Source of the DNA: Candidatus Eiseniibacteriota bacterium
GTDB lineage: Bacteria; Eisenbacteria; RBG-16-71-46; CAZAMP01
Reading direction: 5' to 3'
Assembly (NCBI GenBank): GCA_965224245.1
Contig: OZ245046.1
Span: 960,001 to 1,024,000 of the forward strand
Length of the DNA stretch: 64,000 bases
This document shows positions 50,642 to 60,297 of the stretch, in pieces. The position numbers and the translations under genes were made by a program. The notes beneath the pieces were generated by a model. That model searched no databases and had not been told where the DNA came from. It saw only the letters and a program-made list of their open reading frames with translations. Every line of letters starts with the position of its first letter. Positions within the stretch are counted from its first letter, which is position 1.

Positions 50642-52210
50642 TCAACGGTCGAGCACCAGGCGGCGAGTCGAAGGATCCCTCCCGGCGAGCCGCAGGAAGT
50701 AGATACCCGCGGGTAGCGGGCGACCGTCAGCGGTCCGACCATCCCACGTCAGCTCGTGTCTCCCGGGACGAAACACACCGGAAGCGAGCGTGCGCACTCG
50801 GCGCCCGGATACGTCGTGGACGTCGAGTCGGATGTCGGCAGCACTCGAGAGCTCGTAGACGATACGGGTGTGATCACGAGCGGGATTGGGAACGATCGGA
50901 AGAAGCGCGGAGTGAACCGCCGTCGGGGCGTTGTCCTCGACGTCCAGTCCCGTGAACTGGCGATACCTCACGAACATCGCCGACATCGTCTCGCCGTCTC
51001 TGAGATCCGCCCAGATGGCGTACGGCGTTCCATCCGGATCCAGCGTGATGGCCGGAAACCGCGCGTCCAGATCCCCGAGATCGGTCACGAACTCGCTCTC
51101 GCTCCAGTTGATCCCTCCATCCGTCGAGTACGACAGCATCAGATCGGACTTCTCGTCACCGGGGACGCCATCCCGCTCGTCTTTCCAGAGCAGCCACAGG
51201 ACATCGTTCGAGGGGTCGTGGGCCCACCAGGAGAAACGGCTCGGCTCGTCGGCCAGGGCGACCTCGGAGCTCCAGGTGAAGCCCAGGTTCATCGAACGCT
51301 GGTACGTCGCCATGCCCACCGGACCATCTTCCTGAGTGTAGGCGAGGTGGATGACACCGTGGGTGTCGACGGTGGCGGTGGGATCCAGCTCGTTGGCGCC
51401 CGGGAGTGTCGGGACCCGGTGCTCGAGGAAGGTGAGTCCGCCATCCGACGAAACGGCGACGTATACGTTTCCGTCACTCGTATCAGGAGGCCGGATGTCA
51501 CGCCAGGGAACGGCCACGATGTCCCCGGTGGTGCCCTGGACGCTGAACCGCGGCCACGCGGCATGCATGTCGGCTCCGACGGGGCTGATCTGCCGGGGTG
51601 GCGGGAATGGCGCGCCACCAGGCTCGGATCGCGTGTAGTACACGCTCGGTGCGACCCCGTCCTCGCCGATGTGCCAGGCCACGTGGACACGACTTAGGAC
51701 ATCGACGGAGATGCTCGCGGTCTCGGCATCGAAGGGCATGGTGCCGCTCACGTCAGTCGGAGCGGGATCCCAGCCGGCTCCAGGGATGAATCGCCGGTAG
51801 TAGACGTGAGTCGGATCACCGGAGACACCGTTGACCCAGGCGACGTGCAGGTGACCGTCGGGGCCGACGGCGATGTTCGGTCCGTGGGCGATCAGTGACC
51901 CGATGGAGAGCTGAAGGGCGTCGCTCCATCGGAGCCCGCCATCCTCCGAGCGTGTGTAGAAGATGCGATAGTCGTCTGCGGTGTGGTACACGACATGGAT
52001 CACACCGCTTGCATCGACGGCGATCATGCGACCCACGCCGCCGCTGGCGTTCAGAGAGGAATCGGTGACGGGCATCTCCGGCCCCCAGTAGGGGCTGACT
52101 CCGTGCGGTTCCGCGGCCCGCCCCGCATCGGTTCCAAGCCACAAGCCCGCCGAACACAGGACGAGCGCGGTGCCGCGGCCCGTAGGACGAAACGTGAGTC
52201 TCTCCAGCAT
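50642..52210 (-). CDS. BNR/Asp-box (sialidase-like) beta-propeller with FlgD/T9SS-like CTD
   Basis: GGAGGAG RBS; Asp boxes SEDGGLRW, SSDGGLTF, STDGGINW; VPNP...HDVSGRRVRTL...WDGR. Confidence 0.85.
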   Translation of the reverse strand: MLERLTFRPTGRGTALVLCSAGLWLGTDAGRAAEPHGVSPYWGPEMPVTDSSLNASGGVGRMIAVDASGVIHVVYHTADDYRIFYTRSEDGGLRWSDALQLSIGSLIAHGPNIAVGPDGHLHVAWVNGVSGDPTHVYYRRFIPGAGWDPAPTDVSGTMPFDAETASISVDVLSRVHVAWHIGEDGVAPSVYYTRSEPGGAPFPPPRQISPVGADMHAAWPRFSVQGTTGDIVAVPWRDIRPPDTSDGNVYVAVSSDGGLTFLEHRVPTLPGANELDPTATVDTHGVIHLAYTQEDGPVGMATYQRSMNLGFTWSSEVALADEPSRFSWWAHDPSNDVLWLLWKDERDGVPGDEKSDLMLSYSTDGGINWSESEFVTDLGDLDARFPAITLDPDGTPYAIWADLRDGETMSAMFVRYRQFTGLDVEDNAPTAVHSALLPIVPNPARDHTRIVYELSSAADIRLDVHDVSGRRVRTLASGVFRPGRHELTWDGRTADGRPLPAGIYFLRLAGRDPSTRRLVLDR

Positions 52211-52590
52211 GGCGATCTCCTCCGACCGGCGGGACACGATCTCCGGGAGCCACCTCTGACCGAGGTGCTTTCCATCTGGACATGCGAGAATCTGCTTCGA
52301 ATGTGCAACGAGCCAGCGCGCGGGGCGTTTTCGGCGGTATCTGAGCGGACCCGGGTGTGAGACGGCCTGTCTGCCGCGGGGCCGAGGTCCGTCCAGTTGT
52401 CCATCGTCTACTCGTAGACGCTGCCCGTCGAAGTCTGAGATCCTCGTACTGGAGGGTCGAGCGAGCTGCCGGAGCCGAACCGGGGGGATCACCGGTGGCG
52501 GCGCCGTTCCGCCGTGGACGATCGGTCCCACATCGGACCCGGGGGCGTCTCTGGCGAGCGGCCTCGAAGACCGCGCAAGGAGGTGTCGGG

Positions 52591-53361
52591 ATGAGCGGGG
52601 ACGTCGAGCGGATGCAAGCCGCCTTCATCGGCGTGTTCCAGACGATGACGGAGGGCGTCGCCGGGCGATCCGTGTTCCGCAACGAGGGCGTGTTCTCCGC
52701 CACGACGCGTTCGCCCATTCCTCTGTTCAACCCGATCCTGATCGAGCATTCCGATGCGACGCCGGACGGATTCCGGATTGCCGTCCGGAACTCGGCCGAT
52801 CAGGGCGTGCGCGTGTCTGCACTGCTCCGATCGGGTGTCGACCGTCGATTCGTGGACGTGGCCACCGACCTTGGACTCGAGCAGTCGTCGGAGAGTGCAC
52901 CGGGCATGGCGTTGAAGACGATCGCGGATTCGACGTCTCCAGCCGGCCTGGAGATCAGGACCTCGGGCGCTGTCCTCTACGACCACCACGTGTCCCTCGT
53001 TGCCGCCGGATTCGGCATGCCGCCGTCGCTCGTGGACACGTTCATGTCGCCCGTCATGCAGGCGCGCGCGGACGTGCAGTTCCACGTCGGGTACATCGAT
53101 GCCGAGCCCGTGGCGACGTCCTTCGGCTTCGTTCACTCGGGAAGCGTGACCGTCTTCAACGTGGCGACCTCGCCCGCATTCCAGCGACGTGGCTTCGGCG
53201 CCGCGATGACCATGCAGGCGATCGCCGGGGGCGTGCGGTCGGGGTGCGACGTCGCCTATCTGCAGTCGACTCCCGCCGGAATCCGGGTGTATGAGCGTCT
53301 GGGGTTCCGGGTCGTCGTGACCTACGAGCAGTGGATCACTCCGGTCCAGAGGAGCAGGTAG
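52591..53361 (+). CDS. GNAT-family N-acetyltransferase
   Basis: AGGAGG RBS; VFNVATSPAFQRRGFG...LQST..G..VYERLGF. Confidence 0.85.
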   Translation: MSGDVERMQAAFIGVFQTMTEGVAGRSVFRNEGVFSATTRSPIPLFNPILIEHSDATPDGFRIAVRNSADQGVRVSALLRSGVDRRFVDVATDLGLEQSSESAPGMALKTIADSTSPAGLEIRTSGAVLYDHHVSLVAAGFGMPPSLVDTFMSPVMQARADVQFHVGYIDAEPVATSFGFVHSGSVTVFNVATSPAFQRRGFGAAMTMQAIAGGVRSGCDVAYLQSTPAGIRVYERLGFRVVVTYEQWITPVQRSR

Positions 53362-53400
53362 CCGGGAGGCCTGGTCCGCCCGCGCCGCCGAGAGGTAGGG

Positions 53401-53446
53401 AGCGTGGGGTCGGCGGCGTGACCCGTTCCGACCCCGAAAGCACGCT
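53401..53446. terminator. Hairpin between convergent genes
   Basis: agcgtg/cacgct outer stem and ggggtcgg/ccgacccc inner stem. Confidence 0.4.
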
Positions 53447-53449
53447 GCA

Positions 53450-55660
53450 TCACGGTGTGAAGACGACCCGCTGGACATCCCGGGCACCGGAAGCCGCCAC
53501 GGCGACGAAGTAGATCCCCGGCGCGGCCCGTGAGCCGCCCGTGGTCGCGCCATCCCACACCACCCGGTGACGTCCGCCCGGGAGCCGCTCCGACGCGGCC
53601 AGGCCGGCCACACGCTTGCCCTGCACGTCGAAGACGTCGATGGAGACGTCCGCGGGCGTCGCGAGGTCGAACACGACCTCGGCCGAGACGGAGAACGGGT
53701 TGGGCATGGCACCGCGTACCCGCAGCGACGCGACCCCGACGTCCGCCGGGGGAACTCCCACCACGGCTTCGGGGATGAACAGGATGCCTGCCGGCTGCAG
53801 CACGCCGCCGGAGCCGGGAGGCCCACCGGCACCCGACATGACGAAGTCGTCGACGTAGGCCCCGGTCGCACCGTCGTACCGCTTCACGGAGTTCGTGTTC
53901 CGCGACGCCACGTAGAGGTTCTCGTCCGGACCGAAGGCGAGCCCGTGGGGATTGGCGAGCCCGCCGCTGGCAGGCGCCACGAAGACGTCGATGAACTCAC
54001 CGGTCAGGGCGTCGAACCGGAGGACGCTGTTGGCGGTGCCGTTCGACACGTAGAGGTACCCGTCGTGGAAGATCAGACCCTGTCCCGCGCCGAGGCCGCC
54101 TGCGCCGTCGGAGACGAAGCTTCCGAGGCTCGCTCCGGTCGTTCGGTCCACCATCTGGATCGTGTTCCCGCGGGTGCCGTTGCCGACGATGTAGATGTTC
54201 CCGTCGGGGCCGTACTCCATGTACTTCGGCGAGGTCATACCCGTCGGTGCGAGCGAGGCGAACGTGCCCAGGTACGCGCCGGTGTCACCGTCGTAGCGCC
54301 GGATGTCCCGTGTCACGTTGTCGAGAAGGAGCAGATCGCCGGCGTCGTCCCAGAGAAGGTCGACGAAGACCTGTGCTCCCTCGAGCCGACCGTCGATGAA
54401 GTTGTCGACGAGTCGTCCGGTGGTGAGGCTCATGCGCTGGATCACCGTGAGGGACGGCATGTACACGTCCCCCTCGGGTCCGACCCGGAACTGGTGCACC
54501 CAGGAGGCGCCGGACCACAGGTCGCCGCGGTACTCGCCCGTCGTGCCGTCGAAGAAGCGTGGGCGGTTCGTGAGGTCCGAGGTCATGCCGGAGACGAGGA
54601 GGTCTCCCGGGCTGGCGAAGACCTGGCACTGATCGAGCACGAGATCCTCGTTCAGGTCGACCTCGTCACCGGCCAGGATCTCGTCGACGTCATCGAGGAG
54701 GTCGCCGTCGCAGTCGACGAGGACCTCCGGTCGCGACGGACCGATCAGGTCGTCCGAGAACACGAAGAGAGTGTTCAGCATGCGATCGACCTGTCCCGGG
54801 GTGAACGCGTTCCGGTAGAGATAGCCCGCGTGCCCAGGAGGCCAGCCCGCCTCCATGTAGAGGTCCGTGCGCGGCGCGTAGGGAGGGTCTCCGACGCACG
54901 GGCCGGGGTCGTCCGCGAAGTAGAACCCCGTCGCCGTCGTGTTGCCCGCGTGTACCGCCGGCGAGGCGGGGGTGTCACAGACGCGATCGCCCGCGGTCGC
55001 GCAGTTGGACCCGTCGACGCATTCCAGTCCGTGCTGCGTCTCGTAGGGATGCCAGAGCCAGAACAGGTGTCCCATCTCGTGTGGGGGAAAGGGCGGGTTG
55101 TAGGGCAGCCCGACGACATCGCCGTAGATGTGCCCGCGGGGGCTCGTGACGGAGGTGTACCCCCGCGCCTGGAAGTCGTCGAAGAGGAGCTGATCGGAGA
55201 AGAAGATGTTTGCGACGCCGGGTGTCTCGAAGGTGTTCATCAGTGCGTGAGCCTCGGCGATGGTATTGAGCGTGTACCAGTCGTCGTTGTTGACGTAGCG
55301 GATCACGGGCCGCGCCACGAATACGAACGGCGTGTCGCGGAAGCCGTGGTTGAGGTCACGCATCATGTCGTGGAAGAGCTCGACGTCCGTGACGCCGCCG
55401 GTCCCGTCCGAGCGGCGAAGGATGAAGAACTGGAGCACGATTCGATGCGGTCCCTCGCCGCGGGCATGCGATGCCGCCGCGGCATCCGCCAGACTCGCCT
55501 CCGCCTGCTCGTCGAATCGAAGCATGCACGAGGGACCGGACGTCGCACCGTGACCGTGCTCCGCCGGCAGGGCGTCCGGCGCACCGGCCGCCACCGAGAT
55601 CACCGCGAGTGACGAGGCCGCCGTCACGGCACGCAACGACGACGTGAACGAGTTCGACAT
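53450..55660 (-). CDS. M43/pappalysin-like zinc metalloprotease with NHL/Vgb-like propeller and FlgD/T9SS-like CTD
   Basis: HEMGHLFWLWH, C..GD.VCDTP, YM...FTPGQ..RM; RYDG.TG...F...G.GGL..P..L.FGPD repeats; MPNPF...FDVQG. Confidence 0.88.
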   Translation of the reverse strand: MSNSFTSSLRAVTAASSLAVISVAAGAPDALPAEHGHGATSGPSCMLRFDEQAEASLADAAAASHARGEGPHRIVLQFFILRRSDGTGGVTDVELFHDMMRDLNHGFRDTPFVFVARPVIRYVNNDDWYTLNTIAEAHALMNTFETPGVANIFFSDQLLFDDFQARGYTSVTSPRGHIYGDVVGLPYNPPFPPHEMGHLFWLWHPYETQHGLECVDGSNCATAGDRVCDTPASPAVHAGNTTATGFYFADDPGPCVGDPPYAPRTDLYMEAGWPPGHAGYLYRNAFTPGQVDRMLNTLFVFSDDLIGPSRPEVLVDCDGDLLDDVDEILAGDEVDLNEDLVLDQCQVFASPGDLLVSGMTSDLTNRPRFFDGTTGEYRGDLWSGASWVHQFRVGPEGDVYMPSLTVIQRMSLTTGRLVDNFIDGRLEGAQVFVDLLWDDAGDLLLLDNVTRDIRRYDGDTGAYLGTFASLAPTGMTSPKYMEYGPDGNIYIVGNGTRGNTIQMVDRTTGASLGSFVSDGAGGLGAGQGLIFHDGYLYVSNGTANSVLRFDALTGEFIDVFVAPASGGLANPHGLAFGPDENLYVASRNTNSVKRYDGATGAYVDDFVMSGAGGPPGSGGVLQPAGILFIPEAVVGVPPADVGVASLRVRGAMPNPFSVSAEVVFDLATPADVSIDVFDVQGKRVAGLAASERLPGGRHRVVWDGATTGGSRAAPGIYFVAVAASGARDVQRVVFTP

Positions 55661-55747
55661 GACGCTCTCCCCCGGGCCGAGGTTGAATCGCGCGGGCACC
55701 GGTCGGGGGTGAGGTGGGAGTCACACCCCCGGTGCCGACGATTCCCT

Positions 55748-55774
55748 CTAGTCTCCGGCGAGGGGGATGTGGAC
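55748..55774 (-). promoter_or_regulatory. Candidate ECF promoter GTCCAC-N17-CTAG upstream of the metalloprotease gene
   Basis: Minus strand reads GTCCAC atccccctcgccggaga CTAG aggg; same elements and spacing as 58716..58742. Confidence 0.6.
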
Positions 55775-55800
55775 GGTCCAGCGAGAGAAAGATGCGGTGG

Positions 55801-58026
55801 TCAGTCGCGATCGATCACCGACCGGATGCCGGCCGCCCGGTCATGATCTCCACGTCTCTCGTAGATCGTGGCGATCTTGCCTCCGGTGAACACGAAGAGC
55901 GGCAGCACGCGCGGCTCCGCTCGCTCGATGGCCGTCCGGAACGCGTCGGCGGTCCCGGCGTGCAGCCCCTCGTCGCGAACGCGGGACGCGACGGACTGGA
56001 GCTCGGCCCGATGATCGGGGTGGCGCTGCGAGAGATCGTGACACCGGTTGACGATCGCCAGGATGTAGAAGTGGAGCGCCTCGTCGTGGCGACCGCGATG
56101 GAAGAAGGTGTTCGCGAGCTGCCCGTAGCTGGCGGGAAGCCGCCAGTCCATCGCGCCGTCACGCAGCTCGATCGCCTCCCGCAGCACCACCTCCGCCTCG
56201 GCCTGCCGGCCCAGCGCCGAGAGGACCTCTCCGTGACGTTGCGTCGCGGTGATTAGCCCGGGATGCCCGGGTGGAAGCGCGCGGAAGACCTCACGCGAAC
56301 GGGCCAGGTAGCTCACCGAGCGCTCCCACGCGACCGTTCGCGAGAGGAGATCTCCGTACTCGAGGAGGGTCCGGGCGAGCGCCTCGGTCGGCTGATCCGG
56401 ATACCGATCGAACATCTCGATCGCGGTCTCGAACGACTCGATCGCGGGCTCGAGCCCCGCGAGCTCTCGCGGCTCGTTCGGAGGCGAGGGATTTGTCAGC
56501 TGGAGGCACCGTGCCCGCGCGAATCCCAGGGCGCCCCAGGTCTCGGCCACCTGGAGACTGGGATCGCCGACCACCGACGCGAAGTGACCCCGCGCCTCCT
56601 CGAGATCGTCGAGCCCGCCGCAGTCCCTGGTCACCACCCGGGCGAGTCCGCGAACGTGGAGGAGTCGCGCATAGCGCGCGTCCCGCGGCGAACGGAGCGT
56701 CTCCCGGAGCGACAGCGCGCGATCGGCCTCGGTGAGGGCCTTCGTCCAGCGGTGGCTGCTGGCGTAGCGAAGCGCGAGTCGTTCCCGCACCCGCAGCTCG
56801 ATGTCGGGCTCGGCCGATAGCTCCTCGGTCGCACGCGCGGACGCGTAGTCGAGCTCGTCGATCGGCTCCCCGTCGGGACCCATGCCGGGCGAGAGGGTGG
56901 ACTCCAGGAACACCTCGACGCGGGAGGCTCGCAATGCGTTTCGCTCCGCCGACCGGTAGAGCACCGTCATCGTCACGCCGAAGGCGATGACGACGAGCGA
57001 CAGGACCGACATGACCGACGCCGCCACGGGATGCCGCCGCATGACGCGGCGCATCGACGACAAGACGGATGTCGTCTCCGCCTCGACCGGCTCTCCGGCC
57101 AGAACCCGGTCCAGGTCGCGGGCGAACGCGTCGATCGAGGGGTAGCGATCGTCGGACGACTTGGCCAGGGCCTTGCGGATCACCGCGTCGAGGGATCTCG
57201 TGACCCCGTGGTTGCGCTCGCTCGCGCGGCGCGGATCCTCGAGCGTGATGGCATGAACCGCCGACGCGAGCGAGGTCCCCAGGGGGTACGGCAGCTCGCC
57301 GGTCAGCATCTCGTGCAGAAGTACCGCGAGCGAGTAGAGATCGCTCCGTGCGTCCACACCCGTGGCGTCGCCGACGAACTGCTCGGGTGCGGCATACGCG
57401 ATGGTCCCCATGAACGAGCCGGGGCGAGAGGCCGACACCGAGAGGCTGGACAGCGACGCGGCATCTGCATCCAGCTTGGCCAGACCGAAGTCGAGAATGC
57501 GTGCCCGGCCCGCGGCGTCGACGAGCACGTTCGATGGTTTGAGATCGCGGTGAATGACGCCGCGCTGGTGCGCGTGGAGGAGGGCGTCGCAGACCTGCCG
57601 GCAGAGTCGCACGATCTCGTCCACCGACCGCCGGGCACCACCGTTGGCCGCCCACTCCGAGAGCGGCTCTCCCGCGATCCAGTCCATGACGAGGAAGCGC
57701 TGGCCGCCCTCGTAGATCACGTCGACCACGCCCACGATACCGTCGTGACGGAGCGCTCGCGCCGCCTCGATCTCCCGCTCGAAGCGAACACGACTCTGCT
57801 CGGACGCGAACGCGCCATGCAGGAGACGCTTGACGGCCACCGTACGGTTCCCGGTCCGGCCGCGGTACACGACACCCTGTCCGCCGCGACCGACCTCGTC
57901 GTCCAGCGTGTAGTCGCCGATCCGCCCGAGGGGCGCGCTCTGCTCCACCGCACGGATCCGATCGAACCAGGCGTCGTCGTCGGTCGGGAAGCCGAGGCGG
58001 CCCAGCTCCGGGGCGCGTGGTGTCAT
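55801..58026 (-). CDS. Hanks-type Ser/Thr kinase with TM helix and TPR-like C-terminal region
   Basis: GRGGQGVV, VAVK, HRDLKPSN, DFGLA, GTIAYAAPE, D.YSL; TM segment ASVMSVLSLVVIAFG; helical repeats. Confidence 0.93.
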   Translation of the reverse strand: MTPRAPELGRLGFPTDDDAWFDRIRAVEQSAPLGRIGDYTLDDEVGRGGQGVVYRGRTGNRTVAVKRLLHGAFASEQSRVRFEREIEAARALRHDGIVGVVDVIYEGGQRFLVMDWIAGEPLSEWAANGGARRSVDEIVRLCRQVCDALLHAHQRGVIHRDLKPSNVLVDAAGRARILDFGLAKLDADAASLSSLSVSASRPGSFMGTIAYAAPEQFVGDATGVDARSDLYSLAVLLHEMLTGELPYPLGTSLASAVHAITLEDPRRASERNHGVTRSLDAVIRKALAKSSDDRYPSIDAFARDLDRVLAGEPVEAETTSVLSSMRRVMRRHPVAASVMSVLSLVVIAFGVTMTVLYRSAERNALRASRVEVFLESTLSPGMGPDGEPIDELDYASARATEELSAEPDIELRVRERLALRYASSHRWTKALTEADRALSLRETLRSPRDARYARLLHVRGLARVVTRDCGGLDDLEEARGHFASVVGDPSLQVAETWGALGFARARCLQLTNPSPPNEPRELAGLEPAIESFETAIEMFDRYPDQPTEALARTLLEYGDLLSRTVAWERSVSYLARSREVFRALPPGHPGLITATQRHGEVLSALGRQAEAEVVLREAIELRDGAMDWRLPASYGQLANTFFHRGRHDEALHFYILAIVNRCHDLSQRHPDHRAELQSVASRVRDEGLHAGTADAFRTAIERAEPRVLPLFVFTGGKIATIYERRGDHDRAAGIRSVIDRD

Positions 58027-58619
58027 TGCCAGGCCTCTTCCTGCTCGATCTGGTCGGCCACGAGCTGCTTCAGACGGTCCCGTACGCGCTGCTTGGCCTT
58101 CTGGATCGCGTCCACCGAGAGCCCCGTCGCGTCCGCGACCGACGCCGTCGACTCACCCGCGAGGAGGCGCCTGAACGCCTCCACGGACCTCGCATCGAAG
58201 GTGCGCTCCACCGTGCGCAACGCCAGGCGGAGGTGATGATCCACCCACTCCTCGTGCCACGTGGCGTCGGGGTCGTCGGTCGACTCGAGCCCCGTGAGGA
58301 GCTCCTCGGGAAGCTCTAGCACCTCGCGGCTCCGATATGGACGGGCCCGATGGCGCTGAATGGCATTCCCGACCACGCGGCCGAGGTAGCTGCGGAAACG
58401 GCCCCGCTCGGGCTGGTAGCGAAAGGTCCGGAACGCCCGCAGGAGATTGAAGAGCACGATCTGTCGAACGTCCTCGGCGTCGGCCAGGTCGAGCCCTCGC
58501 TTGCATCCGTAGCGGACGATGAGGCCGCCGTAGCGCTCGTCGAACCGCCGCCACGCGTCCTGGTCCTCCGCGTTGCCCAGCCGGCTCAGCAACGTGGGTT
58601 GAGTGGTGTGCCACGCCAT
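58023..58619 (-). CDS. ECF sigma-70 factor translationally coupled to the kinase
   Basis: TQPTLLSRL...AWRRF...DAEDVRQ...GRFRSYL...sigma4 HTH; ATGA overlap with the kinase start. Confidence 0.92.
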   Translation of the reverse strand: MAWHTTQPTLLSRLGNAEDQDAWRRFDERYGGLIVRYGCKRGLDLADAEDVRQIVLFNLLRAFRTFRYQPERGRFRSYLGRVVGNAIQRHRARPYRSREVLELPEELLTGLESTDDPDATWHEEWVDHHLRLALRTVERTFDARSVEAFRRLLAGESTASVADATGLSVDAIQKAKQRVRDRLKQLVADQIEQEEAWQ

Positions 58620-58715
58620 GGCGTCATCTTACGACATGGCCGGGGCGCGTCGAGCGCCGGGCTCCGTTCGACGAACTCGACGGGCACCACCGTGGCGATT
58701 CCGTTCGCTCCAGGT

Positions 58716-58742
58716 GTCCACCTCGGGCCCGTCGTGCCCTAG
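58716..58742 (+). promoter_or_regulatory. Candidate ECF promoter GTCCAC-N17-CTAG upstream of the NHL/Vgb propeller gene
   Basis: GTCCAC ctcgggcccgtcgtgcc CTAG ggg, 44 nt before ATG 58787. Confidence 0.6.
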
Positions 58743-58786
58743 GGGCAGATACGGGGTTGTGTCGAACTCGGAAGGAGGAGCTCCGA

Positions 58787-59968
58787 ATGCGTGGTTGCAG
58801 GATACTGTGGACAATCCTGGGGGTCCTGACCCTCTGTGTCGTCGGCGAGGTGTTCGCCGCGGACCGGGACATCTACATCGCGAGTCGCGACACCGACTCC
58901 ATCAAACGCTACGACGGTGACGACGGGTCCTACCTGGGAGACTTCGTGAGTCCCGGAAGTGGCGGACTCGATCAGCCCCAGGAGTGCCTCTTCGGCCCCG
59001 GCGACGACCTGTTCGTGACCGGCTTCCAGAACACCCAGGTCCTTCGCTACGACGGCCTGACGGGGGAGTTCATCGGACCGTTCACGTCGGGGTACTCGCT
59101 CAGCCTTCCGGCGAAGATGCAGTACGGACCCGACGGTCACATGTACATCAGCCAGTGGGCCGGGTCGGAGAGGGTGGTGCGCTTCGATCGGGAAACGGGG
59201 GTCTTCATCGACGAGTTCACCGAGTTCGGCGTGATCAACAACTGCGGCATGGCCTGGGATCCCGACGGCAACATGTATCTCGCCTACTGGGGCTCCGATG
59301 GCGAGGACGGCGGTGTCTGGAAGTTCGGTCCCGACGGCTCGGATCTCGGCATGGTCATCGATGCGAACGTGCGTGGCCCCGTCAACCTGTGGTTCGGCCC
59401 CGACGACGATCTCTTCGTGCTGGACTGGACCGAGGGGAGCGTGGAGCGATTCGACGGGACGACCCTCGCGTACGAGGGCCGATGGATCACGAACCTGTCC
59501 CGCGCGGAGGGGTTCGTCTTCGGTCCCGACGGGCGTCTCTTCATCTGCGACTGGCAGCTCAATCGGGTCGCGCGCTACGAGCCCGACGGCACGTTCCTCG
59601 ACATCTTCGCCTCCGGCGGCGGCATGCTCCGCCCCAACAGCATCACCTTCGGACCCGATCGCACGGTCTCGGTAGACCAGGCCACCGGCCCCGGTGTCGT
59701 CCGACTCGGGACGCCACGACCGAACCCGTTCCGTGGATCGACCCACGTCGAGGTCGTCGTCGATGCGGCGGGGCTCGGTTCGGTGGAGGTCTTCGACGTG
59801 GCCGGACGGCGGGTCGCGACTCTCCTCGACGGGGAGCTGGCCGTCGGACTCCATCGACTCGAATGGCACGCGGGCGCGGCCGCGGCCGGTGTCTACTACC
59901 TGTCCCTGACCCTCGGCGGCGACGTCGAGACCCGTCGCATTACCCGGCTCGCACCGTCGATCCGGTGA
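58787..59968 (+). CDS. Secreted NHL/Vgb-like beta-propeller with FlgD/T9SS-like CTD
   Basis: AGGAGG RBS; signal peptide; IKRYDG...YLGDFV..GSGGL..P...FGP repeats; RPNPF...FDVAGRRV. Confidence 0.88.
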   Translation: MRGCRILWTILGVLTLCVVGEVFAADRDIYIASRDTDSIKRYDGDDGSYLGDFVSPGSGGLDQPQECLFGPGDDLFVTGFQNTQVLRYDGLTGEFIGPFTSGYSLSLPAKMQYGPDGHMYISQWAGSERVVRFDRETGVFIDEFTEFGVINNCGMAWDPDGNMYLAYWGSDGEDGGVWKFGPDGSDLGMVIDANVRGPVNLWFGPDDDLFVLDWTEGSVERFDGTTLAYEGRWITNLSRAEGFVFGPDGRLFICDWQLNRVARYEPDGTFLDIFASGGGMLRPNSITFGPDRTVSVDQATGPGVVRLGTPRPNPFRGSTHVEVVVDAAGLGSVEVFDVAGRRVATLLDGELAVGLHRLEWHAGAAAAGVYYLSLTLGGDVETRRITRLAPSIR

Positions 59969-60297
59969 GACCGGGATAGCGGTGCCGGAGTTCGAGCCCC
60001 CGCCGGACCACGGCGCGGGGCTCGGGCGCCTCTCCGCCTCTCCCATTCGACTCGGTGTTCGGGCCGTCCGGGAGAGCGCGATCCCGGGCCGACCCGCGAA
60101 ACCGGAAACCTCCCCACCTCGCGTGCACTTCGAGCGATCCCGGCATTGGATTCCTTGGAGGTCGCGAGGGGCGGGAAGGTGCGTCCAGGACCCCGTGCGT
60201 GTCCTGGGTCCCCCGGCCCCCGTGGCGGCTCGCATGCCGTGCGTGGCCCCGACCGACGCTCGGTACGATGCTCGAGGCACAGAGACAGGTGGTGTCG

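Noticed and set aside
59983-60030. GGAGTTCGAGCCCCCGCCGGACCA resembling a tRNA T-arm/3' end or att site
   Set aside because: No D or anticodon arm, mismatched T-stem and no integrase; better explained as a hairpin after a stop codon, like 18576-18613
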